From assembly GCF_006345805.1 (NCBI RefSeq), contig NC_042999.1, positions 121,582,001-121,646,000 of the forward strand: a stretch of 64,000 nt of DNA. Reading direction: 5' to 3'. Positions 12,401 to 24,070 of this stretch are shown here, piece after piece (the first letter of the stretch is position 1; each line of letters begins with the position of its first letter). The notes below the pieces were generated by a model that saw only the letters and a list, made by a program, of their open reading frames with translations, did not search any database and was not told where the DNA came from. A program made the translations under genes and the position numbers. The stretch comes from Octopus sinensis (Eukaryota).

Positions 12401-12635
12401 CTCATTTTGACATCACATAGCAGTTGTAAGCACACATCACGATCAAACAAACAATGGCATTCACTTTCAATATTCCCTGAAATCATGTCCAGCTGAGTGA
12501 AAATATTATCTCACTTGAGAACAAGTGAGGATTAGCATTAGGAAATATATCAAACCTTAGAAAATCTACCTCAGTAAATTTCATCTGATCAAGCTAACAT
12601 GGAAATGTGGATGTTACAATGATGATGACGATATG

Positions 12636-12639
<4 letters not shown>

Positions 12640-12676
<37 letters not shown>

Positions 12677-12938
12677 CTGGTATATTTATATATTTTTTAA
12701 TTTCTATCTGTTTATATATCTCACACTTACGTGTGCATGTCTATCTAAACATATACATATATATATATATATACTTGTGTATATGTCTGTATATAAGTAT
12801 ATATATATGAGTCTTTATATAATCACAAATACATACACACATTTTTATACATGTACAAACACACACACAAATATGCATATGTATGGGTGTGGTGGGGATG
12901 TATGCTTATATGTATGTATGAATGAGTGATTGGATTGG

Positions 12939-12975
<37 letters not shown>
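12640..12975. repeat. Compound (TG)n/(TA)n/(GA)n microsatellite
   Basis: Directly visible dinucleotide runs. Confidence 0.9.
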
Positions 12976-12980
<5 letters not shown>

Positions 12981-13678
12981 TGTGAGAGATTCTTATATTA
13001 ATTCTCCTATAGGGTTTGAGAGTGTTCTTTAGTCTCTGAGACAGCAAGGCAAACTATATAATGCTGCTGTCATGAAAAAATGCACATGGTACATCTGTAA
13101 AGTGGTCAGTGTTATGAAGGTCATCTAATCATGGAATTCGTGCTAAAAAGAATGTACTGGAGAAAAATGTGGTTCTCTGACCACTGAATCCTGTCAAGTA
13201 GTCTCACCAATGCTTGAATGGAAAGTAAATGCAAAATGATGAGGATGCTGCTGATGATATGCACATACTCAGTGACACAAACAAACATGTGCCTATCAAT
13301 ATTCAAATAAAGTAAAGAGCTTCTATTATATCCAACTATTGCTTAATGTAAGCAGCAGAGCAAATATCTATGATCTTTAGTTACAGGAAATGGACTGGTT
13401 TATTGCACTAATTATTAATGCATATATATAAAACTTATTTTAAAAACTCTTCACGAAAGACTCTTCAGTAGTTCAAATATTTTTGTATGTAGTATCATCA
13501 AATTACACACACATGCACGCACACATGCACACACATATTTAGACATATGTTCATATGTATCCATACATGCACATGCATGCACACACAAAAACACACTATG
13601 TATGAGCTGTTTCTCTTTTCTGTTTTAAATAAATTGGAATTTGTTATGTCTAATTTCACTTTATACAAATACACATAA

Positions 13679-13713
<35 letters not shown>

Positions 13714-14874
13714 TGTATATAAACTTGTCTTCTAACATATCTCAGCACTCAAGATATTTTCAGGATGTTTCATATTGTTCAGCTTTTTTATTTCTGTCAT
13801 TATTATAAGCCATTATTATTTTTCATTTTTGTATCAAAAGTACTGTAACACAAATACATACACTATATATATAAACATACATACACACACAGAAACACAT
13901 ATGTCTGTCTGTCTGTACGTATGTATGTATACCTCCATGTGAAAATAATTTTTGACTCTTTTGAATTACAAAAGATAAAACATTAAAAAAATATTTTGGT
14001 TTTTAAAAATATTATAACATAAACAAGAACTACCCAGCAGATATAAATTCTTTTTAAATGAGTTCTTTAATTTCCTCAGACATATTACATTATTAAAAAG
14101 ATGAAATTTTATATTAATCTTTATTATTGTTTTCTTTTATAGGTAAGTTTCCAATTTCTTTGAAAACAAAAAAAAGGTAATGTATATTTCTATTATATAA
14201 TACCATTATATTTTGATTTATATATTTAATGTAAAGAGAAAAACATTTCGTTACTATTATTTCTGTTAGATGAAATAATGTGCCATAAGATATCAAAATA
14301 ATATAATGGGTACAAGTATGGCTGTGTGTCTAAAACCTTCACTTTTTAACCGCTCAGCTCCAAGTTTGTTTTCACTAGGTGTCTTACAATAGCTTTGGGT
14401 TACCCAAAACCTTCGAGAGATATTTGGTACACAAATACTTCTCTGAAGCTAGATGTATTGTCATCATCACTATCATTGTTTAAGGTTTGTTTTTCATACT
14501 GACATAGGTTGGATAGCTTGAAAGAACCAACAAGCCAGAGGTCTGTGTTGAGTGTCAATGTTTGATTTGGCAATGTTTTTATAGCTGGGTGCTGTTCCTA
14601 ACACCAACTATTTCATAGAGTATGCTAGGTGCTGATTTTGTGGCATTGCAACTTGTGAGGCCACCTAGTGAATCATATAAAACAAAGTTCCTCAACTGAA
14701 TGGAGGTGTAATATTGTCAAATGTGAAGTGTGTGCATGTGTGTGTGTGTGTGTACATATATATCATCATCATTATTATTATCACGATATATGTCATTTGG
14801 TTTTATATCTGTCTTTGTTTTCCATATTAGCATGGAAGAGAAAATGTATTATACAGACATTGTTTTTTTTACAG

Positions 14875-14985
14875 CTGGATGATCTTGCTACTGCTAAATC
14901 TCAAGTATCTGTTATTTCACATCTTCAATGGCACAAAGTTGATGATTTGTTGTCAGATGAAATGAGAACACTTGTTAGCGCATGA
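14875..14985 (+). CDS. Candidate terminal exon of an unidentified gene
   Basis: Strong acceptor TTGTTTTTTTTTACAG|, then LDDLATAKSQVSVISHLQWHKVDDLLSDEMRTLVSA*. No homology recognised. Confidence 0.3.
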   Translation: MDDLATAKSQVSVISHLQWHKVDDLLSDEMRTLVSA

Positions 14986-15911
14986 TACTAAGAGGATATA
15001 TTAACAAAGACATAGACACCCACAGGTGTATACATACAATGAGCTCCTTTTAGTTCCCAGTTATCAAATGTACTTACAAGGCTTTAATAGATGTTGGGCA
15101 GTGAATTTTATAAACTTACAGCTATGCTTGTGATATATGTACACACACACACACACATTTATCATTTATGTGTATATATGTGTGTGTATATATATATGTA
15201 TGTATAAAGAAATGTATCTGTGTGTATATATATATATATATATTATATATATATATATATAATATACACACATATATATATATACATATTATATCTCTTA
15301 TAAAATTTATATAATATATCTCTTATTATAAAAGGCAGATTTTATCTGCCTCCCTTTGTCTCTTATAGAAATCTACAATATAGGATTTCTTCAATTACAA
15401 TTTACCTAGCATTTTAAAGAGTAGAATGCATCGGGTCGTGCCAGGTCCAGTTTTTAAAATTTCAACCCCAATTAAGCAAAATTTAGAGAAAACTCACATT
15501 GTGGTGTCTAAGTCAAGTACTTTTCTTAGCGTGGGCTACAGCACACACACACGCACACACACACAAACGGAGCGAACTGTTTCATTGACGCTATCACCCT
15601 AATTTCTCCTCCTTTGTCTTTGCAAGTGTGCAACGATTAAAGTGAAAGTAATTCACTTTTTGTAGTGAGTGACTCTTTCACTCTGCATTCCCACTTCCTC
15701 TTTACACACATAGACACGCAAATATATAAATAAAATTGTAAGCTAACGTGTGTGTGTGTGTGTGTGTGTGTGCGTGTGTGTGAGTGTGTGTGTGTGTGTG
15801 CGTGTGTGTGAGTGTGTGTGTGTGTGTGTGTGAGGGTGCGTGTGTGTATGTGTGCGTGCGTGTGTGTGTGTGTGAGGGTGCATGTGTGCGTGTGTGTGAG
15901 TGTGTGACAGG

Positions 15912-16260
15912 AAAGTTTTTTAGGATGAATATAAGATCTAAAGTATATACAAGTAGCAGAAAGATCGCCCAAAAGTGTATATAGATATTTAAATGTATTT
16001 ATATATTCATCTATAAACAGATGTATGTATAATGTGTGTGTATATATTTCCATAGACGTAACCATTCACCCCGCACATAGTTTTTTAGGACGAAAATAAG
16101 ATCTAAAGTTATCTCTAAGTAGCACAAAGATCGCCCAAAATTGTATATAGATATTTAAATGTATTTATATATTCAACTATACACACATGTATGTATAATG
16201 TGCGTGTATATATTTCCATAGAGGTAACCATTCAATCCATACAAAGTTTTTTAGGACGAA
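15912..16260 (+). repeat. ~165-bp tandem repeat (2 full copies plus start of a third) inside the Helitron
   Basis: AAAGTTTTTTAGGA recurs at 15912, 16077 and 16243. The two copies share AAGATCGCCCAAAA.TGTATATAGATATTTAAATGTATTTATATATTCA and TATATATTTCCATAGA.GTAACCATTCA. Confidence 0.9.
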
Positions 16261-16510
16261 AATATTTATATATAAAAGAAAGGTTGTGTGTCTGTCTACT
16301 CCGATTTAGATTCCTAACTACTCCCACATTTTGCGATGCAGTTTAACCAAAACTGGGTATCTTATAGTCGTGATTCATATCGAGCCCTTCTGGGTATTAG
16401 CGCGCATCTACGATGAGTCTATGATTTTACAAATAATTTACCATCATTTTTTTCCATTTTAATGCATATTTTTTAAATAAAGGGAAGTAACTCTCAAACT
16501 TCACACCAAT

Positions 16511-17005
16511 ATGCGTGCTCATATGCGACGTAATATCACATCAGCAGCATTTCCTCACACCCTCCTTGCACTTGGCGAAGGCAAAATACCAGGGGATGAA
16601 AATGGTAATATTGCCATCGATTCCATTTGTACCATTGTTAAGACGCCTTCTGATCTCAGAGATGCAGTGTTCCCAGATCTACAAGCTAATTATCAGAATA
16701 TGGATTGGATTGGCAAAAAGACTATACTGGCCCCGAGGAATAAAACTGTTCACCATATTAATGATGAAATGCTAAAACTCATTCCTGGGGAAGTCTATGT
16801 ATATCAGTCTATCGATACAACTCCTGACCCAGAGGACGTCATCAACTATCCAATAGAGGTACTCAATTCCTTTGAGCACCCCGGACTACCACCACACTTT
16901 CTCAAACATAAAGTTGGTGCCCCTATAATGCTCATCAGAAATTTGGTTCCCCCAAAACAATGCAATGGCACACGTTTGATCGTTAAGTCCTTATCTCCCA
17001 TCGCA
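16511..17005 (+). pseudogene. Helitron Rep/Hel PIF1-family helicase fragment (stop-free, truncated at both ends)
   Basis: (TN)MRAH...F...LL.LGEG...ILAPRN..V..IN..ML..IPGE...Y.SID...YPIEVLNS...PGLPPH.L..KVGAPIMLIRNL.PPKQCNGTRLIV is the conserved PIF1/Helitron helicase segment. Confidence 0.9.
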
Positions 17006-17391
17006 AACTTATATCAATATTTGCCTGAATAATCATCATAATTCAGTGCAATCATTAACAGTACTTTCAAGCAATTCAGCCCCGAGCAACGCCGGGAAAT
17101 TCTGCTAGTGCTTAAATATTGATATTATATATATTTTACATATGCAATGTTTATTTATGACTTGATTTCTTAACCATACACACATACAGTCATTTATGCA
17201 TTTGTTTTGCAAGATTCCTGATATGAAATCTTGCATTGATAATGTTATATTTAAGGATGGTCATTTTGATATGTTTTTTTGTTGCCAGATAATAACGTGT
17301 ATATATATATATATATACACATTTATTAATATATATATATGCATGCTATAGTGATGTTTTTGTTTTAGCAAAAAAACAATTCTAAGAATAG

Positions 17392-18124
17392 TATTAAATT
17401 GTCCGGTTTTCCAAAACATTTTTTCAAATTCAATTTAAAATGTTATTTTTGTAATGCTTTAAACAAAATTTTACATGCTAAATAATTGCTGTGTATTCTT
17501 TAATAAATTTGTATTGCTTTCAGAATATATTTTTGAAGCATAAAATCCTTAATTTCAAACATGAAAAAAAGAAAAATTGTGTTTACTTTTTTGCATGAAT
17601 TCAACCTTGGACATAAAGCGTCCCAAACAGCTGCCAATATCAACAGAGTAAGAGGATGAAGAGTCCACTAGTAATTGGACAGTAAAACGGTGGTTTGAGA
17701 GATTTCGTAGTGGGGATGAGAGCTTTGAAGATCACAAAGTTAGAGGGCATCCATCCACCCTTAATGATCTACATTTGAAAACAATGCAGCTTTCTGGAAC
17801 CTAACCAGAACATTACATCAAAAGTTTACTGTAAACAACTGAAAGAAATACATGTTCACTTGAGCAAAATGAGACCTGCATTTGTTAATTGATGTAATCC
17901 AATTCTGTTCCACGACAATGCTCAACCATAACCTTTGGATTTTCATCAAAGAGGCATAAATGACCTTGTTAATCAATGGAATAGCATAGCTATTCAGTTA
18001 ATCAATGGAATAGCATAGCTATTCAGGGATCATATTATGAATAATTAAACCTTGGTATAAGTTCGGTTTTTCAAGAATATAGGCTTATTTTTAAAATCAG
18101 CTGTTATTTTCTGAACAACCTAAT
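17392..18124 (+). mobile_element. Internally deleted mariner element
   Basis: From ~17595: HEFNLGHKASQTAANINR...STSNWTVKRWFERFRSGDESFED...GHP (mariner HTH) and HDNAQP at ~17910. The right end TTCTGAACAACCTAATA resembles a mariner TIR; the left end at 17392 (TATTAAATTGTCCGG) is its degenerate counterpart. Confidence 0.8.
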
Positions 18125-20352
18125 AACTGGGTATTTTCTGTTAATGTAGTGTTTTACTGGTAGTGGAGTCAAACTTATTGTGAAGATCAAGTTCAATGGA
18201 ACTACACAGTACTGGAACTACACAGTACAAGCAATGTAGAAATCTTTTGTGTCCCTTGTTTTCATATGAGTTAGCCAAATAAAGGATTGTGCAAAATGTA
18301 TTCTACAATTCGTTAAGAATATCAATGAAGGGAAACTGTTTCATGTTTCCCAAGGTAGTAAATTAAGCAAATGTTTAAAGGTCAGTAAAATGTTAAAAGG
18401 TCAAGTTGTAGATTAAGTAGATAGATAAGGATGAGGATTTGTTGAAGGGGAGGTTAAAATGTGATGGAAGAAAAGGCAAGAAAAACAATAAGAACATGCT
18501 AAGTACAATAGCTTAGTAAGTTCATGTTACTTTGTGAATAGACTAACTTTTACAATGTTTTTATTCTAAATAGTTGGTGTAATTTGGGAATTTATGAAAG
18601 AAACATTTAACTTTCTCAGTATGTGTATGTGTGTGTGTGTTTTTTTTGGGGGGGGGGGCGTGTGTGTGTGTGAACTATTTCTAATATAGTTGTGTGTAGA
18701 TGTCTGTGGGAATAGGATATCTAAAAGACTATACTTTTCAATTTACCTTTGCAACTTCATTTGTGGTTTTTATAAATTTGTTAATTAACTATCAGAATCA
18801 TAAATTACTTATAATTTCATTTATATCCCATATATTTTATTCTGTGAGACCACTCTCGATACAATATTATGAAATATAAACTATTAAAAAATAACTTTTA
18901 ATGTATGTGATGAAAAGATGCAGCTTTTCTAATTTCCGTCTCTTGGATTCAGATGAATATCAATGTTGTGAAGAGTGTTCTATGTAAAAGAAATAAAATG
19001 TTTTATTAAATTTGGGCCATGGTTTGAAATATACAGGGTGGAATGAAGAGTTTTTTTCTTGTAAAAGTCATATGCAATAAAAAAAAAGCGGTATATGAAT
19101 GGAAAATGTTGGGTAATCTTAGAAAGTAGTTATAAAGTTAATCATACTCCATAATGAAGAGAATTATCATTGTAAAAAAAAAAATTTTAATGAGTATATT
19201 TAGTAACATAGGATAATTCAGTATTTGATAACGAAGCAGGAAAAGAGCCAAAAATTAATTTGCTCAAAATAGCAAGCAAATGTCAAGTTCCATTCTTAAA
19301 TTCCTTATAAACTAAACATATAATTGGCTTTAGATTAAAGTACTACTTGCAGTTAATTATACAGAATTCCAATATTTAATAATTGTATGATTTTCTTACT
19401 TCTTGAATTACTATATGAAGAGAAGCAAATGTTAAGTTCAATATGTTATGCAGAAAATCTAAAAGTTATGTAAATGAAAATACAGTGATTTTCGAATTTG
19501 TGCAATATCTACTTAATACGTTTTCATGGGTACTTGCTAAATAGTCTGATGCTTTAGTAACAAGCAGATTTTCAACAAAGTGGTGTCATGAATACTTTTC
19601 TTTTGAATTATATAATGTTCCTATACAATACTTCCAAGAAAATTATGGGGGTTTCTATTTTTATTATTAATACCTAATACCATTTACTTTGTGCTTAAAT
19701 AAAAAGGAAAAAGTAAAAAGTTTATGTCTGAAAAAGTACAAAGCAAAATTTACCTTTTATTTCAAACATTTTATTGAAGTTTCCATGATGTAAGCTTTTC
19801 ACAGGATGTACCTTAACAAAAGCAATTCGTCTGTATTCTCTTTCAGTTCAAAGATTGTGTTTCAACTCATAAATTTAAACCAATCATTTTGCATATATGA
19901 AATTTCTATGCAATGAAAATCACTGTAATCTTTTCTTCTTTCTGGTTGAATTAAGCAAAAGGAAAATAAGTATTATACTGTAATATTCATATTCGTGCCC
20001 TAGCAAAGAATTCTTTTTGGCATCAAATATCTCAAAATCCTGTAGTTTATATAATGCAATAAGAAAACCTGAATGTGGATCAGATGAGCAGAAATTAAAA
20101 GTTTAACCAATCAACATAAGCTATACTGTTTATATAATGATAGCTTTCTTATATAAACACAAGGAAAAAACCTATTCACTATATAAAATGCTGAAAATAG
20201 CTTACACATTTAGCAGATGAACATTATATGAATTTAAATTAATGAAACATTTATTTTTAACAATATTTATTTTTGTAATTTTCTGAATATAATTGCAAAT
20301 TATTTACATTATTTACATTTGACAGATATTTGTCATCATTTTGTTTGTTGTT

Positions 20353-20398
20353 AACACAACGTTTCAGCTGATATACCCTCCAGCCTTCATCAGGTGTC
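20353..20398 (-). ncRNA. Minimal type I hammerhead ribozyme motif, core intact
   Basis: Minus strand: GACAC CUGAUGA A GGCUG[GAGGGUAUAU]CAGCU GAAAC GUU GUGUU. Stem I GACAC/GUGUU, stem II GGCUG/CAGCU, loop-less self-complementary stem III ACGU, predicted GUU cleavage. Confidence 0.7.
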
Positions 20399-20682
20399 TT
20401 GGGAAAATTTTGAACCTGAGTTCTCATTCCTAAGGTATTTTTCGACGTTGCTGTTATTATTATTATTATTATTATTCAGGTCATTGCCTGGAATCAAACT
20501 CGGAATCTTGGGGTTAGCAGCCCGCACACTTAACCACTACACCATATGGCATAGTGGTTAAGAGCGTGTGCTGCTAACCCCAAGATTCTGAGTTCAATTC
20601 CAGGCAGTGACCTGAATAATAATAATAATAACAGCATGAAAAATACCTTAGGAATGATAACCCAAGTTCGAAATTTCCCCAA

Positions 20683-20728
20683 GACACCTGATGAAGGCTG
20701 GAGAGTATATCAGCCAAAACATTGTGTT
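20683..20728 (+). ncRNA. Hammerhead ribozyme motif, probably inactivated
   Basis: GACAC CTGATGA A GGCTG..CAGCC AAAAC ATT GTGTT. The core GAAA reads AAAA and G16.2 reads A; both changes are at CpG sites. Confidence 0.5.
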
Positions 20729-21289
20729 AACAACAAACAAGATGAGGACAAATATCCATCAAATGTAAATAATGAACATAATTCCTCATCTGTTAGATAT
20801 AGAACTGTATAATTGCAAATATTATGACATAATAAGATGCCTGCCATCCCTTAGTTATAACCTAGATATTTATTGGTTTGCAACAATATGAAAATAATAT
20901 TACAATGCAAATGTAAGAAGGATTTTTCATCAATTTATCTCTCTTTAGATCACAGTTTATGCAGCTGCAGTTTTAGAATATAATACAAGAATCTGTTGGA
21001 GCTACCGGCTTAATGGTATCAAAATTTATGTGTCCAAAACAATATATTCTGTGACGCTTCTTAACATAAATATTGCTATTAAACTCCATCAATCTATTAA
21101 TCAGCTTCCCTCTCAATCAACATTCATCATTCTACACCATGCTCCAGTCACCATTCCAAATAATTTACTACTCCCAGACACTGAAAATTCTAATTTAGGA
21201 ATGATTTAAGTCTTATTCCACTCAGCAACTAACTAAGCAAATTAAATCTGTGAACTAATGTGTGTTTCTTTTGTCAAACTCATTTGAGG

Positions 21290-21790
21290 GGTTTTCAATG
21301 AGCAGAGTTTGGTACACTGAAAGCTTCACTGAGCTTCAACTGTACAGCTGTACATGGACACCCACCAGACATGGGATAGTTCAATTTCAGTAACCTGCTC
21401 ATGAATATAAGTGTTACTCCTGCTTGGATTCATTTAATTTAAAAAGGAAACTTATCAAGTGTCTAAATACCACTCCACAGAAACTGCATGTACTTCATCA
21501 CCACAAAAATAATCAAACCAGTTGACAAAAGTGGGGTTATTGTTTGACAAATTGACATCTACTGGGAGGATACTCACTAGCATATCGAGAATATAAACTT
21601 CTTTCACAAGTTGCCCACCTATTGCACACTCCAGAACCAAAACATTTAACCCACACTATTAAGGCACTAATCTCTTTATCAGCATGGCTTCCCACTGCCA
21701 TTAGCGTAATCCACAGCATACATTACACTTCTATTATCTGTTTTCTTCCTAAGCTGTGCTATCCTGGCTATCATTCACTTGTCTCTGCCT
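21290..21790 (+). mobile_element. Decayed Penelope-like element RT-proximal coding remnant
   Basis: The + frame at ~21508-21620 reads IIKPVDKSGVIV*QIDIYWEDTH*HIENINFFHKL, matching the PLE motif IIKPADKG..IV....Y......QL.D...Y.KL. Confidence 0.6.
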
Positions 21791-21959
21791 ATAGCATTAG
21801 TTAGTTAATTTAACTAATTAAGCTGCATAACTAACTGTTAAATGAAAAGAAAAATTTGAAGATGTACCAGTTTCCATATTCTTTGTAATTGTTTTGGATT
21901 TACTCTCATGAAAATATTCATAGCTCAGAATGCAAACCCAGATTTACCCATCAGAAGAA

Positions 21960-22104
21960 TTATAGTGGTATTGTTTACCCTAAATGATCATTGATGTTTC
22001 TTACTACTTGATGTAGTTTGCTGGAACTTGGAATATACCTGAGAGCTGTTGTGGTATCTACCTGGATAATTTATCCCTATATACTCATATATATGTATAT
22101 GTAT

Positions 22105-22163
<59 letters not shown>

Positions 22164-22860
22164 CTGCTGTCACACTCAAATTCAGTTTGTGATACTCTGT
22201 GGTCCTGCATATCACCCACCAGATGCTCCAAATCATGGGAGGACTTACTTGAAGAAAGTCTCAAAAAGGAGGAAGAAATATTGACCAACCTTGATGGCAG
22301 CTTTTACATACTTCTAGGAGACATCAATCTCCTTAATGTATGGCCTGAGAGCTACCTTCTCTCAGGTATGTCACTGTATGAACAGAGGCAAGCAGAGCCT
22401 CTGCTCAAACTCACAAACATTGCTCTTTATGGAGCAAATAGTGCTCTGCCCAACAAGGAGTAAAAATGTCACAGACCTCTGCTTCACAAATAATATGGCA
22501 CTCATCCATAATGTTAAGGTAACACTAACGACTTTCTCAGATCATAACTTAATAGAACTAACAAGGTATGGTCTGCAGAGAGCTGCAGACAAGCACCCAA
22601 CTCCTTTCCAGCCTGAACTTTTATAAAGCTGATTTGAAGGGTATTCAGAAAGAGGTCATGGAACACAACTAGTCAATCAGTTGCTCTACACAAGATATTA
22701 ACATAAAGCTACTAAATTTTATGACAATTATGCATGACACTGGGCTAACTACAGTTGACAGCAATAGGCCACCAGATGGCTGAGGACAAATGTACCCCAT
22801 AAAGCCAGCATAGTTTCCTGGTCCCTTGTTCTGAATACATCCAGCCATTTGCCTGCATAT
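21960..22860 (+). mobile_element. CR1/L2-type LINE AP-endonuclease remnant split by a (TA)n microsatellite at 22085-22161
   Basis: Motifs AYHPPD, YILLGDINL.N.W, and NVTDLCFTNNMALIHNVKV..TTFSDHNLIEL (APE GDFN, LDL and SDH motifs). Confidence 0.75.
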
Positions 22861-24070
22861 TTCCACCATCTAGGTGATAGTTATGTGGAACAAGGCATTA
22901 CTACATGATGAAGGCTGTAATCCTAAGGAGGACATGTTGTTAAATAAATATGTACATAGTGACTTTTCATGGTTTATATTTATTTACATATATATATGTC
23001 TTCATTTGTTCATAAATAGTGTGTGATATTGTAATTTCTCCAGTTAACAAATTATCTATTGACTTTGGGATTTCAAAATTATGCGAAATGACAGAACATA
23101 TATTTGAAAAACAGGTAATGACAAAAAAGGCATCTATCTGTAAATTAATGCACTGATAATGTATTCATCTAATCCATTCTACCATGAACAAACAGATGTA
23201 AAAATGAATAAACAATTTCTCTCTCTCTCTCCCTCAATATATATATACATTGAGAGAGATAGAGAGATGCACATTTGTGTATATATACCCAATGCTTTAT
23301 ATGCAGTTACAGTTTCCATCTACTAAATTCATGAGACTGAACTTAAAACCACATGTCTGAGAAGTGAACTTTTAATCCCAACTGTATTTTTGCATCTGAT
23401 ATTCATGGTACGTACATGTCTGTACACACACACACACACGAACACATACATGTATTCACATGCACAGGCACGCACACACACTCACATACACATTATAAAT
23501 TATATTTATTAAAATATGGGACTAGATGTATTTTGAAGCAATAGTACTTTGAAGTATGTGTTTCTTTTTCACATATTATGTAATAGTTTCACATAATTGA
23601 ATTCCATATTTTCAAATATTGAAAAAATTGTTTTTATGGAAAAAGTGTTGCTAAATTTTACTTCTGTAGTAAAAAATACATTAGCATTTTAAATTGCAAA
23701 TAGGAGAAACTATTCTGGAGTTCACTACTCAGTTAAAAAGTTTTTCATCAGTTGGTAATATTTGGTTTATTATTTCTTCCTCTAAGTGTGCTGTTGTTGT
23801 TTACAAGAGACACAAATGATGTTGTTGGCTTACAGTAGATATGTTTGGATATCATGTGTTTTATCAACCTCAGCACAGGCCACTTCTTTTGGCATCAAAC
23901 CCTCAATGGTATCATCAAGTTTTGATACAGTCACTTTTCTGGCACAAACAGCTGGTGATGTTTGATTGAAACAATAGCAAAAGAAGAAAAGACACCACAA
24001 ACTACTATTCCTAGGTAACAAGTCTCAAGTCTGGTATGGGATTTATAGTAATCCTTTTTTTTTTCTGTAG

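Larger units (their letters stand above)
15319..17108 (+). mobile_element. Non-autonomous Helitron with intact termini
   Basis: 5' TC at 15319 after an A. 3' GC hairpin CCCGAGCAACGCCGGG (17081-17096), then 8 nt, then CTAG (17105-17108) followed by T, matching the A|T insertion signature. Contains a helicase fragment. Confidence 0.85.
20301..20807. mobile_element. Palindromic (head-to-head) tRNA-headed, Penelope-type non-autonomous element with 13-bp TSD
   Basis: Arms 20307-20545 and 20546-20774 are reverse complements with no spacer (centre CCAT|ATGG). TATAATTGCAAAT is duplicated at 20288-20300 and 20808-20820. Each arm has an A box (TGGC.TAGTGG), a B box (GAGTT..ATTCC), a (TAA)n linker and a hammerhead motif. 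Confidence 0.85.

Noticed and set aside
16511-17032. Cellular PIF1 gene
   Set aside because: Intronless fragment truncated at both ends and enclosed by Helitron termini; no gene symbol assigned.
20546-20612. tRNA gene
   Set aside because: It has A/B boxes and a Ser(GCT)-like loop but no acceptor stem or full cloverleaf. It is the head of the palindromic SINE-like element.
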